The translations under genes and the position numbers were made by a program. Positions 1-12,822 of a stretch of 64,000 nt of DNA are shown here, piece by piece (within the stretch, counting starts at the first letter, position 1; each line of letters begins with the position of its first letter). The notes below the pieces were generated by a model. That model had not been told where the DNA came from. It worked only from the letters and a program-made list of their open reading frames with translations, and searched no databases. This DNA is from Adineta vaga (Eukaryota; Animalia; Rotifera). Location of the stretch: the NCBI GenBank assembly GCA_021613535.1, contig CP075495.1:16120001-16184000 (forward strand), read 5' to 3'.

Positions 1-570
1 TGAGAAAAAGCGAGAAAATTTATATAGCAAAATAGTTTAAATCGTTTTTTTGCACTAGTGGCCATATTTCTTTTTGAATAGAAATATAAGGGAAACGTAG
101 CTTTTTTCACGGGCTATCAAACGTACTATATGAGAATTTTGGTACCTTCAATTTTTCTGATCAAATATCTCTTGAAAGATCAGGGAGAATCAAAAATATA
201 GCAAATTGTGTCCTAATGTTGCTTATTCTATCGAAATTTTCTCTGATAAAACTAAATATGGATTCATGTTTTACACATAGAATTAAAGCCCTGATCAAGA
301 GCTATCGAAATCACTAATTAAATGTTATTTTATCTTGTATCTTTGCCATGGAATAGAGTCAACAATAAAAGTGAAAATTTTGAATTAATAACCCCAAAAT
401 TAGGCTTCTTGTCCGTAGCTTTTTATATCGAAAAATAGATCAGAACCCCAACAATTTTATACCAAAATGCTCGTCTTAACAAGCTCTTTCTAATGGTATA
501 AAATTTATAGGGGGTTAGTGGGAAAAATCAAAATGGGCCGATTAGCGGTCTTATTAGCTCCCGTCCTTTT
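1..570. mobile_element. Probable right arm of a non-autonomous DNA transposon (Kolobok-like end), truncated by window start
   Basis: Non-coding, ends in ...CTCCCGTCCTTT, with MITE-like texture. The partner TIR is not in the window. Confidence 0.3.
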
Positions 571-1349
571 ATAATTACTTATTATAAAGGAGCATTAGTT
601 TAATGGTATGTTGTTCATTTTGAAAAATCGACAGCGTCGACGAATAACGTCCGACTCGAAGAAGTACACCATTAATAATATTTCGAAATATATGTCGATG
701 ATGATCAGAAATAAATGTTACGACGTAATGGTAGTAGCGGCGGCGCCAGAAATTTGGACTAGGGTGGGCTCAGACGAAGGGGGAAAAAGCCAACTCCAAA
801 TTTTTAACACAAGTTCTAGGACTCTTGAAGTAAGGGAGTACAGTCGAAAGTATTCAGAGAAAACTTAATGTGTTGGAGGCCAATGTGGAATATGCCCTGG
901 AGTACGGGAGTACCACACTGAGTATGTGAGTATTAAATGGAGTACGAAAGTATAGATCAAAAAGTGTTCAAATACTATTAGAAGGACTAACTACAGGAGC
1001 CTATGAATGATAACCAACTTAAATTTTCAAAAGATTCTTTTAAATTATCAGTATTACATTTTTTTATTCTTGTAAACTGGTAATTGTTCGAGAAATTGTA
1101 ATACTAGCAAAGCTAATTATTATGTTCTATCGTTCAAAACATGACCCAATATAGGTTCAACAAGTACAAACACGTTCTTTTTCTGTTCTTTCATTGCCGT
1201 TCGGAATGCTCAACGAAATTATATATATATATATATATATATATAAGAACACAAATGAACTATATCCGTTAGCTTTACTCTTTCTTCAACCGGAAAGCAT
1301 ATAATTCATTTTGTAACTATACTTCGTTTATTAAATAAGCAATTTCAGT

Positions 1350-1681
1350 CTTCTACCACACTTGATATTTCCGTCATTCCAAAAGATGCTCTCAGTTTAC
1401 GAAGAGATTCATTCAATTCTCTAGTGGAACAATTAACGTCGAAAGATATCAAAGATTTACTCAGGATACAAAAAATTTCGAACGCTCGTTGCTTTCTCAA
1501 CACAAATTCTTTGGCTGTCTTCGATATTAACAGTGATGATCCATCAGTTATTCAGCTTCAGGATCGTCTTTCGATAAAACTCTTGAATAGCAAACGAGCT
1601 GTTTTGGCAGGCGTTCATGGCTTTCTTAACTATCTTCAAGAATTAAATACTCAACTATATGAAAAGAAAGTAGCTGGTTAG
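1350..1681 (+). pseudogene. Truncated ORF fragment resembling the N-terminus of a transposon-associated protein
   Basis: Open frame ...IPKDALSLREDSFNSLVEQLTSKDIKDLLRIQKISNARCFL... preceded by an AG acceptor (ttcag at about 1348). It ends abruptly against the Penelope remnant. Family recognised from memory only. Confidence 0.35.
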
Positions 1682-1774
1682 TTTCTATTGAGAAGAATTA
1701 ACCGATTTATCAAAAATTCACGTTTTTGAGACAAAGAGAGAAAGAAAAAAAGAGTTGTTTGTTTTGTGTACTTT

Positions 1775-1820
1775 ATTGACTAGTTTCTGTCAAGTTACGA
1801 CTTGACTTCATCAGAACTTA
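1775..1820 (-). ncRNA. Hammerhead ribozyme motif (type I, minimal, partly degenerate)
   Basis: Minus strand reads CTGATGA-a-gtcaag-tcgtaa-cttgac-a-GAAA-ctaGTC. Stem II and the palindromic stem III are present but stem I is weak. It lies about 200 nt 3' of a Penelope-like RT C-terminus. Confidence 0.6.
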
Positions 1821-2017
1821 TATACAAAAAAACTCTTAATTAAATTACAATAAAAAACTTTTGGAATGAAAAAGAACGATGAACTATGTCAGGACTTGAA
1901 GAGCCCGCGACAATAAAAAACTAGGGTTAGATGAGCCCTTAGTTCTGCTCAAACTCCATTTAATCTCTTCTTCTTATTTAGAAAGGAGAAGAAGAGGTAG
2001 ACAGGTTTGTTAGTAAA

Positions 2018-2427
2018 TTATTTTAGGAACACCTTATTTGGTTTTTTATGTACTAAGTAATCTAGAAGGTTGTCTAATCTTCTAGAACCTACAATCGGTT
2101 TTCTATTGCAAATAGGTGTATCCGAGAAGCTTTCATTCCATAGTCTATGAAAACTGGTCGCAAAATCGCTCATACCTTTACAAAAGGAAAAATGGCACAT
2201 TATATTGACCTCGAAATCAATTTTCTTTTCTATTATTTCATTTCTTGTGTTATTTAGAAAGGTTCTTCTTATATGCAAGAAGTTCTCTTGTGATGGAATT
2301 GAACAACGAAAAACTTGCGAGACTCTTTCAAATTGTTTCAAAATGAAATTTAATGGATATTGGTTCAAGAGCAACGACATGCATATATGCGCTTCTTCTA
2401 GTTTATAATTATCATAACGTGAATAGA
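2018..2427 (-). mobile_element. Penelope-like (Athena-type, endonuclease-less) retroelement, 3' fragment of RT ORF
   Basis: The pattern SLLLNQYPLNFILKQF...HFSFCKGM..F...FHRLW...PIVGSRRLDNLLDYLVHKKP matches the PLE post-thumb C-terminus. The ORF stops with no GIY-YIG domain and is followed by a hammerhead motif. Confidence 0.75.
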
Positions 2428-2561
2428 ACAAGGGGGGAAAAGCGATTTATGATTTATTGATTTAAAATGAGTTTAGTTGATTTATTTGATTTAATTGACT
2501 CAAAACTGATTTATCTGATTTATTTGACTCAAAATGATTTAAATCGCGCTTTTCCCCCTTG
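2428..2561. mobile_element. Small MITE (CAAGGGGG...CCCCCTTG ends) with internal GATTTA repeats
   Basis: TIR caaggggggaaaagcgattt / aaatcgcgcttttcccccttg. It truncates the PLE ORF. Confidence 0.6.
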
Positions 2562-2991
2562 CCCTCAACACTCTCCAAACATTGCGATTGATATATCTCG
2601 CACTTAACTGCTTGGTGAAAATAAATCACGTAGAGATTGTTTCGTCTGAGTGATTGCTTCGTTTTATTAGGCAGTGAAGCATAAATTACTAGCGTACCGT
2701 TCTTCTGTTTGCGGACGGTTGATTACTGCAGTGAAAAAAGAGATATAAAAGCACGTGCCTCTTATATTCGTCTTTCGGTATTTTATTTTGTTGTTTTAAT
2801 ACACAAAAAGTGCATTTGATCGTACGACTAGACTCCAACTGTTGTTGGACATTATTTAACGATAGGAACTTCCACTAAAGGTAATTTTCGAATCGAATTT
2901 GAATTTGCATGATATTAGAGTCATAACCGTACTGATATTCGATGAATATTGTATCCTTCTTCAATTGTTGTTTCTTTCTCAGAAAAAAAAC

Positions 2992-5900
2992 ATGGTATCA
3001 ATACAAAATGAAGACATTCCTGTCGAAGAATTAATAAATGGGAACTTTTCCTCGACAACTCAACAGAATAATGAGATCTTAGTATCAAATTTACAGACCC
3101 TAACACATACTAATGAAAACATTCGCGATGAAACACAATTATTTATGTCACAAGAGAAAAGCTCTCGGTATGTTTCTTGCCACTCTATTTCTATCACTAT
3201 TATTTCTGTTGTTCTTGGTTAGGACAAGTATTTTATGTTCAAAACAACGTATTTCTATAACAGTGGTTGCAATTATTCTGTATATGAGTATATCGATGGC
3301 CACTGGTGTTTTATTAGTATATTTTAACCAACCAACAAAATTAAGTATGTTCATCTTCTCTTATTTTCTTACGAGGGAACGTTTTCAGCTGTCAAATATC
3401 TTGTGGATTCGGTCTTTCTACATAAGATAGACGCCAATGAGATATCAAATACCCCCAAAGAACAAGTACCCTTAGACCTTCTATCGAGAGATACAGACGT
3501 TTTACTGGAATTTTATGGCTTCATATGGTGTATACCTAAGTCGAACAAGCTCGGTCGTAAACGACTGTATACAGAGAAATACGGCGATATACGAAGAAAA
3601 AACCGCCGTTTACTAGCTTAGTACATGGAGGTTGTATACAGTCACAGAAATACACTATCGTATACAGAGCTCGTAACGATCGACGTGGGTAATGATAAAT
3701 CGAACAATGCCTAGGCCGAGCAATCCGGCACGGTAACGGCCTGTTTCGTGGTACTTCGCAGTTTTTGTGGAAGCAGTATTCTGGTGAATAAATCCGATGT
3801 TCGGATTTATAAGGTTCTACCAGAAACCGACAGGTATCTGTAGGAACTAGTAGCCGGATACGGTTACCGGATTCCTGCATCGAATTCCTAGCATTTTCCA
3901 GTGGGTTTCGGCCGGAAATAGCAAGTTTCCCGCGAGTTTTCGCCGGAACTTCAAGGAATACTACTTCGAGAATTATTGTCCTGGGTGATATTTCGACCTG
4001 AGATTTCGCTCACAGATAGATCTTTATGTGCATACAATCTCCTTAAAATTTCACTTCAAAAGAATGTTTCCCTCTTGAAATATTAAAGTTCCGATAACCA
4101 CCCTTATTCCATTATGAATGCTATAGAATTTGACATTTCTTGGTCTTTAATATTTCGGAAACGAAATATATTCTGTTGAGCTGAAATTTTAAGGCCATTG
4201 TGGTTACAGATAGCTAGATCGATCTGTCGGCAAAGTCTTAAGTCGACAAATCAACATTCGATTTGCTAGTATATAGCATGTGAGATCGTAAAAACCCAGC
4301 AAAATACCTATGACTCTGTATAAAAGGTCTAAGGGCACTTGTTCATTTAGAGTTTTTCATATCATATTGAGGTCTATTTTATGCACAAAGTTCGAATCTA
4401 AAAGCGATTTGACAGTGGAAAACGTTCCCTCGTTAGTACGAAAGTCAGTGTAAGAATTAGAGCTGCCGATAGGCCACTTTTTCGGCCTGTCCTGCCTGGC
4501 AGACGAAACCGGGCCCACTAATATTTCAATCCTTTGTTTCATCAATGGTTGTCTGAATCTTTTGGCATTAATCATAACACACGAGTACTCTTTCATATAC
4601 GCTGTTTCGCTACGTTGTCTATAGCAAAGTTTTCACAGATTAGATAACTTGAAAATCCGACAATTCCTTCAAAAAACATCCGCCTATTTGTTGATTTAAG
4701 ATAGAGATTCAAATGTGGTCTAATAAATGGATGTCGTGGATGCTGTATTACTTTCAATAACATCGTAGTTTTTTGTGTTGGATTTAAATAAATCCAATAT
4801 TTACTCACTAGAGTATGACGACTAAGGTAAAAAGACATAATGACAAGACAACTGTATATAAGAATATGATAATTAGAAATGTTCAAGGTGAGCAGTTTTT
4901 GTACTGTAATTCTATCATAACAAAAATTTCCTTAACCTTAATCCTACTTTAAGTTATCTTGTTCGAATCAAAATCCTATAGCCATACTCTATCATGTGAG
5001 GTAGAATAAAATAAAGGCAACTTTTAACGTCTCTTATGCTAATAGATGAAGAAAAGATGCTGATAAGGCATTTATATTTGAAGCTGTTGAAATGAAAGAG
5101 ATAAAGACGACAATGATACAATAAAAATTTTCTCATCAAATCACCTTGTTTCATTAAACCTATTGTAAGTGATAAATACAAAAAACGTGTTGCTGCTCTT
5201 ATGACTACGCAGACGAATAATTTATATACATTCTATTGAAATAAGTTAGTCATACTTATTTTCGTTTTTCTTTTGATTATGAAATACATTCAGTCTTTGT
5301 ATGGAATAAACTGTTCAGCGATTATAAATGATCCCATCAGTGAAGGAAATCATCAACTTATGACGCCATGGTATATTTTAACTTAAGTTGAAGAATGAGC
5401 ACTACATCAGATCCAGGCCATACCTTCGACCTGACCTGGTCTGCCGGTCAGGTCGGGTAGGAATACGTTGTGTTCATTCAATAGTTCAAAGAGTTTTTAA
5501 ATGGGTTGTCAGATTCTATATAAAACCATGTGGCAGATTTCTTAATCTGTCCTTCCAGGTTTTAACTAATTCTCTGGATTCAGGTATGCACCAGTTCCAG
5601 TTGATCAAATACCAGTCCGACTGCTACCAATCGGTTCACCCAACCAAGACTTCATTCTCAGTAAGTCTTAATTCGATTGGGTGATACCCGATCCAACTGA
5701 AAAATATCCAGTCGAACTGGATATCACCGAATCGGACGATGTCCTAGTGGGAATGAACAGTCTTGGTAGGGTGAGTCGACTGATGCATGTCTAGTCTAGA
5801 TTCAATATCATAATAACACATTAAGCACAACATTTTTCGTTTGCACATCTACATTCGTGAAGAACAAATGTAACAATAAATGCGTAGATGTTAATAATAG

Positions 5901-8900
5901 TATAGAAAATTCATTCCTTTTACCCGTTGTAAGTCCATGCGAGTATTTTCTTTTTCATTGTGCTGTTTAGTCCCGAAATGTGAACTGAAATTTATACGGA
6001 CGCTCCAAAATCCAATCGCCTACAATTATCGTCCACGATCTGTCGCTACTGGAGATTTCAACAATGATACGTGGCTAGATATTGCTGTTGGCAATTATGC
6101 TGCCGGTAATATCGCTATATTTCTTGGATACGGTAACGGTACGTTTGAAAATGCAATCATTTATTCACTTGGTTCTGGTTCTACTCCATACATGGTCGCT
6201 GTTGATGATTTAAACAATGATCACAAACTGGATTTTGCTATCGCAAATTTTGGTAGTAACAGTATTGCTGTATTTCTTGGATTAGGAAACGGTTCTTTCG
6301 TCATGGAAACATCACTTTCAACAGGCACATCTCGTCCAGTTTGGATTAACATAGCTGATTTCAATAATGACACTAAACTTGATATTGTCATTGCTAACTA
6401 TGGTACCGACAGTATAAGTATTAGTTTCGGATCTGGTAATGGACGGTTTTCATCACCAATTTCATACTTTATTGGCTATGATTCTCGGCCACTTGCAATT
6501 GCCAATGGAGATTTTAATGATGACAATCATGTGGATCTTGTCATCGCTAATTATGTCACAAATAATATTGCTATACTTTTCGGAAATGGAAACGGTAGTT
6601 TTGGTAATCAAACTACTTTCTCAACTGGTCCTAGTTTTCATCCATATTCGATCGTCGTTAGTCATTTCAATGACGACAACCTACTAGATATTGCCGTCGC
6701 GAATCATGGCACTAATAGTCTAGGTATATTCTTGGGTTATGGAAACGGACTTTTTTCAAGTCAAGTGATATATTCGCTGGGTACGGCTTCACCATATTCG
6801 ATTGGTGTTGGTGATTTTAATAAGGACAATCATTTGGATATAATAGTCAGCAATCATGGTACTAATAATATAGGCCTATTTTTTGGATATAAAAACGGTA
6901 GTTTTACAAGCCCACAAGTATATTCAACTGGATCTTCTTCTTCAGTTTCATTGGCTGTAGGTGACTTTAACAATGACGATGAAATAGACATTACTGTTGT
7001 CAATAATGATACTAATAGCATTGGTATACTTCAGGGTTCCTATAAGGCTTTTCAGACTCCAATGACATATCCTACTAACTCTCTACCAAGATCTATAGTT
7101 ACTGGTGATTTCAACAACGATACTCAATTAGATATTATCGTAGCTGCTGAGTGGGATAATAATATTGATGTACTTTTCGGATATGGTAACGGTTCGTTTG
7201 CAAATCGAATAACATATTCAACCGGTATTAATCCAAATTCTATAGCTGTTGGTGATTTTAATAATGATACTCGATTAGATGTCGCCGTCGCTAATCGCGA
7301 TTCTGATAATGTTGGAATACTTCACGGATATGTCAATGGCTCGTTTGCAGAGCAAATCACATATTCAACCGGTGCTGATTCTAGACCATATTGTTTAGCT
7401 GTTGGTGATTTAAATAATGATACTCGATTAGATATTGTCGTCGCTAACTCTAATACAAACAATGTGGGTGTACTGCTTGGCTATGGTAACGGTTCATTTG
7501 CTCATCAAATAACATATTTTACTGGCACTGGTTCTGTTCCACGCTCCGTAGGCATTGGTGATTTTAACAACGATGGGTTGCTGGACATCGTCGTTGCTAA
7601 TTATGGCAGTAACAATTTAGGTATATTTCTTGGATCCGCTAACGGATCTTTTAGCAATCAAACGACATATTCAACTGGTAATAGTTCCTCTCCATATTCT
7701 CTGGCTATTGGTGACTTTAACAATGATCATCGATTGGATATCACTGTCGCTAATTTTGCTGGTAGTAATATAGGTGTCTTTTTTGGATACGGTAACGGAT
7801 CTTTTGAAAATCAAATGACATACTCAACTGGTTCTTTTCCATCCTGTATAACTACTGGTAATTTCAACAATGACACTCTACTGGACATCGTTGTTGCTAA
7901 TTCTGGCAGTAATAATCTAGATTTTTTTTTCGGTTATGGTAATAAGCTGTTTTTACATCATAGAACATATGCAACTGACTATAATCCTGAAGGTATAGTT
8001 GTGGCTGATTTTAATAACGACGCTCGTCCAGATATTGTTGTGTCTAACTCTGGTAGCAACAATATTGGCGTACTACTCCGATATGATATTGGAAGTCTTA
8101 CAACGGGAATCACATTTGCATTAGCAGGTGCATCTCGTTTACGATATGTTGCCGTTGCTGATTTTGATAAAGACAATCGATTGGATATCGTGGTTAGTAA
8201 TTATGGTAGTGATAATATAGGAATTCTTTTTGGATATGCGAATGGCACGTTTGAAAATCAGTTGATGCTTACAACTGGCTTAAATTCGCATCCATATGCG
8301 ATGGTTGTCGGTGATTTCAACAATGATAATGAATTAGATGTCGGTACAGCTAACTATGGCAGTAAAAGTTTAAGTATGATTCTTGGGAAAGGAAAAAGAT
8401 TATTTACAACTCAATCATGGTATGGAAGTTCTTTCGATTCTCCTCCATTTGCTTTGGGTATTGGTGATTTTAACAACGATAAACGATCAGAGATTGTTGT
8501 CGCCTACGATGATATCGATAATATAGATATTTTCATTGCATATGATACTGGATCTTTTACAACAACCACATTGTCAACTGGATCTTATCCAGTATATATA
8601 TCCACTGTCGATTTAAATAATGACAAAATACTGGATATCATTGTCTCTAATTTTGGTTCTAAAACCGTAGGCATTTTTCTTGGATATAGTAATGGTTCAT
8701 TTGCAAATCAGATAACATATTCAACTGATAACAGACCATGGACTCTAGCTGTTGGTGATTTTAACCATGATACATACCAAGATATAGTAGTTCTTAATTA
8801 TTATGACGATAATGTAGAAATCCATTTTGGATATGGTAATGGTTCGTTTTCAAATCAAACAAAGTATTCAACTGGTATAGGTCCCATAGCAGCAGTAGTT

Positions 8901-10193
8901 GCTGATTTTAATAATGATACTCATCTGGATTTTATTATCGCCAATTTGATCGACAACAGTATCGATGTATTTCTTGGATATGGTAATGCTTCGTTTTCAT
9001 CTCAAACAACATATTCAACTGGTGCTGATTCTAATCCATACTGTCTGGTTGTTGCTGATTTTAATAACGATAGCCGATTGGATATAGCTGTTGGCAATCA
9101 AATCTCTAATAATATAGGGATATTTCTCGGTTATGGTAATGGATCTTTTACAACTCAAATAACATATGCAACTGGTCCGGATTCGAACCCGACCTCTATA
9201 GATATTGGTGATTTCAATAACGACACTATATTAGATATCGTTGTTGCTAATTTTGGTACTAACAATATCGGAGTTTTTATTGGATATGGGAATGGATCAT
9301 TTGCAACGCAAACAACATATCCAACTGGCACTGGTCCTCAGTATGTATCCGTTGGTGATTATAATAACGATGCTTTACTGGATATCGCTATTGCTAATGG
9401 TGGTGACAATAATGTAGGTGTGCTCCTAGGGCGTGTTGATGGTTCGTTTGATGCACAAACAACATATTCAACTGGTACTGATTCTAATCCACAATGGTTA
9501 ACTGTTGGTGATTTCAATAACGATGGTCGACTAGATATTGTTTCGTCCAATTCTAATGGCAACAATATATGTGTACTTTATGGATATGCTAGTGTAGCCT
9601 TTATATATCGGATGACATTAATAACTGGTAATGGTTCTCGTCCATACTCATTCGCCATTGCTGATTTTAATAATGATAACCATACAGATATTGTTGTAAC
9701 TAATTCTGGTAGTAATAATGTTGGTATTTTTCTTGGATATGGCAATTATTCTTTTACGCCACAAACGACATATTCAGTTGGATCCTTGCCATACTCTATA
9801 GCTATGGGTGATTTCAACAACGACAACTTGCTGGATATAACTGTCGCTAACTTTGGTAGCAATACTCTAGGTGTTCTTCTTGGACATGGTAATGGTTCAT
9901 TTTCTCATCAAATCATGTATTCAAGTGACACTAGACCAAGTTTTATAGCTGTTGCTAATTTTAATAACGATACCTTCTCAGACATCATTGTCGCTAATTA
10001 TGATACGAATAATATCGGTGTTTTTTTGGGACATGGAAATGGTTGTTTCGCAGATGTAATGATAGTTTCGATCGGTGTTGGATCTCATCCATTCTTCATT
10101 GTCGTTGGTGATTTTAACAATGATACAAAACTTGATTTTGCCGTTGCAAACGAGGGCAAAGACAACTTAGAAACATTTTTGCAAACTTGTTAA
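2992..10193 (+). CDS. Type II membrane FG-GAP/VCBS-repeat (beta-propeller) protein, about 1506 aa; exons 2992-3167, 3223-3344, 5971-10193
   Basis: GT-AG introns join in frame (CG|G, A|TC). Exon 2 encodes a TM helix (ISITVVAIILYMSISMATGVLLVYF). Exon 3 has about 27 repeats of GDFNNDxxLDIxVAN...GxGNGSF. The ORF-track start at 5937 lies in the intron. Confidence 0.88.
3372..4432. mobile_element. Mariner-like MITE with about 170-bp diverged TIRs, containing a nested insertion (about 3710-3986)
   Basis: TA|cgagggaacgttttc ... gaaaacgttccctcg with extended imperfect inverted arms. It lies in intron 2 of the FG-GAP gene. Confidence 0.65.
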
Positions 10194-10293
10194 TATTCTA
10201 TCTCTTATTTTATGCTTTTACTCTTGTTCCTGATTTTTAACATTCGCTTGTTGCTTTTTATATTTCATAGAAGTTCTTTGAGGGTGAGATAAT

Positions 10294-10338
10294 AGTCATG
10301 ACTAGTTTCGAACCCACTACGGTTCTCATCAGATGACT
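10294..10338 (-). ncRNA. Hammerhead ribozyme (type I, minimal), intact
   Basis: Minus strand: agtcat-CTGATGA-gaacc-gtagtg-ggttc-GAAA-ctaGTC-atgact. Perfect stems I and II, palindromic stem III (ACTAGT) and a GUC cleavage triplet. Confidence 0.9.
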
Positions 10339-10390
10339 TCATTCATTAAAAATGTTTAGTTGATAAAAGAGGATGAGAGTGAGACAAGCT

Positions 10391-10439
10391 GCCAAGATCC
10401 GGATTTCGTCTTCAACTACGAAGACACCATCATGTGCTT
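10391..10439 (-). ncRNA. Degenerate hammerhead-like motif
   Basis: Minus strand: caTGATGG-t-gtcttc-gtagtt-gaagac-GAAA-tccggATC. The core is mutated; stem II and a palindromic stem III are retained. Confidence 0.5.
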
Positions 10440-10574
10440 CATCTCTATTCAGAAACCTAATTAATCCGAAGAAAAATCGAATTCTTGAATAACCTTCTAT
10501 GTTCGAAATACCCGAATCGTAATTCCAATAGAACAAATCGACGATATATTCTTATGGCAGAGTGAGACAAGCTG

Positions 10575-10627
10575 CTAAGACGCGTGTTTCAACTGTTGTC
10601 TAGACAGTCAGTCGTCATTTGGCTTAG
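10575..10627 (-). ncRNA. Degenerate hammerhead-like motif
   Basis: Minus strand: ctaag..aTGACGA-ct-gactgt-ctagaca-acagtt-GAAA-cacgcGTC-ttag. It shares the 3' flank gcagcttgtctcactct with the 10391 motif. Confidence 0.5.
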
Positions 10628-11990
10628 AATCTGTGCTGGAAGACGAACGCTTCGAAAGTAACTGAAATTGCAATTGTGTGTAGTTCTAAGGAGTGGTTTT
10701 CTCTTGAAGAATTATTGAGCTCGATGAATATGTCTAAATCAGGAAATATAAATATGGTGAAGTAAACGTAATAAGCTTTTAACTGAAAAAAGTATTGATT
10801 GAATTCTTACTCAGAATGTTTCAGGTTTATGTCATTGATTAATATCATCTTGAGGTTGGTTGTTCCATTGAGAAATCACAGTTGTTGATTATAGTTGATA
10901 ACACAGATGTCCACAGGACACATTTTTTCGTCCTGTCCTGTCCTGTTCCAAAAACAAATGGACAGGACACGTCCTACTTTTTATTTAATGGATTTTTAAT
11001 AATTGGACTCAAAGTGTTGCATATTACTCGTATTCGTTAAGCAAATGTTTCTGTTCCGTATACGCGCTCTTAACATAAAATCCTGCTAGTAGTTCTCACA
11101 ATACAATGAACATAATAGAAGTGCATAAGAATGAAAAATATCACAAACATAATTACTTTTTCTATATAGATCTAATATATTTTGGCGTACGCAGCCATAG
11201 GTACCTCGTACGTTATATCTCTAGTTAGTTAAAAGCAAAATGTGATTTCTTTTTGTCAGTTTAAGTTCATGTATCATGCTAATAATCAGTTATTGTTTGA
11301 GATGTATATCTCACTGAAACTGTGGATTATAAAGTGTTTGTTTATAATCATTTTGTCGAAGTGTTATGCGTAGTACCTGTTAACGTACTTCAACTCTGAC
11401 AGAACTTTTTGTTGTGCACAAGATTTTTTTAACTGATTTATTTGACATAAAGCTAGCTTGAATGCTGCAGTCAGATTCACAACTTTGATATGATAGTGAC
11501 ACAGACATTTTAGTAAAAAGAATTGCCAGATGAAAGTCCATTGAAATTGTTAAATCAACAAGATTGGATATAAAATGATTAAAGAAATAATTTACAAATT
11601 ATAGTTATAGCGAAATTTACAGGTCAAACAATAACAGATTCTTAGCATCATAGGGTTGCATCCATGGAGATCCTACCACTTTTTTGAAGGAAGTCTTTTT
11701 TTCGATTTCTTTTTCGTCCAAAACGCCAGTATGGTCTAGAAAACACTTCTCATGGAAAAAATCAGACCCTTCTTATTGAAGATTTCAAGTTTTCGATCAT
11801 TTTCTCGGAATGCCTGTGGTATACTTTCAGAGATAAAGAAAATGACAGAAAAAACCTATAAATTCTTTAAAAGTGACTTTTTCAGAGTTTCCTGGTTCTG
11901 ATGCACATGAAAGACATCTAGAAACACTGTTGTCGAAAACAAAATCACACTCTTTCTGCTGGAACTGCTCAGTCCTGGGTGTGTTCTAGC

Positions 11991-12035
11991 AGCCATGACG
12001 CGTTTCGAACCCGCTACGGTTCTCATCAGATGGCT
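11991..12035 (-). ncRNA. Hammerhead ribozyme (type I, minimal), intact
   Basis: Minus strand: agccat-CTGATGA-gaacc-gtagcg-ggttc-GAAA-cgcGTC-atggct. It shows compensatory changes relative to the 10294 copy. Confidence 0.9.
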
Positions 12036-12822
12036 TCTCAATGAAAAAAGATCAGAATTAAATTATTTTCAACTGAAAATAGTCAAAAACAACCTAATTC
12101 TGTTAGTCAAAATAAGTTTAATGTTATTAGTGCAATGAATTAAGACGAATTGTATAAGTTTTTTGAGGTTAGACGTTAGTTTGGAATTCATTGAAGCTGT
12201 GGTTTGGTGTAGTCGTTTTTTTGCAAAGAAGTTTGATGGATGTTTGTTTTCAGAAACGTGGCTATTGGTTCGGATTGGCGTCGTTAATTTTTTTCGAATA
12301 TTGTATGTAATTGAATGATGGTCGATTGTATAGGATGAATGTAATGGTAATTTTATCACCTTTACTGGACTAGTTTATCTGTTTTGTAACTTGGAATGTG
12401 ATGTCTTGAATTATCATTGATTGATAATTAAAGACTAGAATCTTGTGAATCATTTTTAGACTGAAAATATAGAATGAACCGTTGTAAGTTGGTTCTCATT
12501 GTAGATTTGGACGGCTCGTGAGTTCCAGGGTACATTAGAAAACGATATATTCCTATAATCCTAAGATTTCGCATGAGTTTTAATATTAGGATACCGAAAG
12601 TTCAAATTAATGTGCAATTTTTCGTTTATGATGGTTTTTTCATGCATTCGATACATATCGGTCACGTACAAAGCGAAGAAGATTTTTTATCAATGTACAG
12701 AAAGAAGAAACAGAACATTTGTTCTGGAAAAAATACCAAAGGAAAGAAATAAAAGAGAGAGAAGGAATATAAAGTCGAAGAAGCAGAGAATCTTTTTTTT
12801 TTTCTTCATTCATATTAAGAAA

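Larger units (their letters stand above)
10279..12480 (-). mobile_element. Athena/Terminon-type retroelement 3'-end remnants (pLTR with tandem hammerheads)
   Basis: Four same-strand hammerhead motifs. The two intact ones are followed by C-rich telomere-complementary tails (CTCACCCTCA; ACACACCC). A degraded ORF-like stretch at 12069-12430 lies upstream. Confidence 0.65.

Noticed and set aside
1219-1245. (TA)n microsatellite
   Set aside because: Ordinary simple repeat.
5937-5970. ORF-track start MRVFSFSLCCL as a signal peptide
   Set aside because: It is the polypyrimidine tract and acceptor of intron 2; the upstream exons splice in frame at 5971.
12610-12822. N-terminal extension of the 205-aa ORF
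   Set aside because: Low-complexity A/T-run sequence containing the likely TATA box; the ATG at 12823 is the better start.
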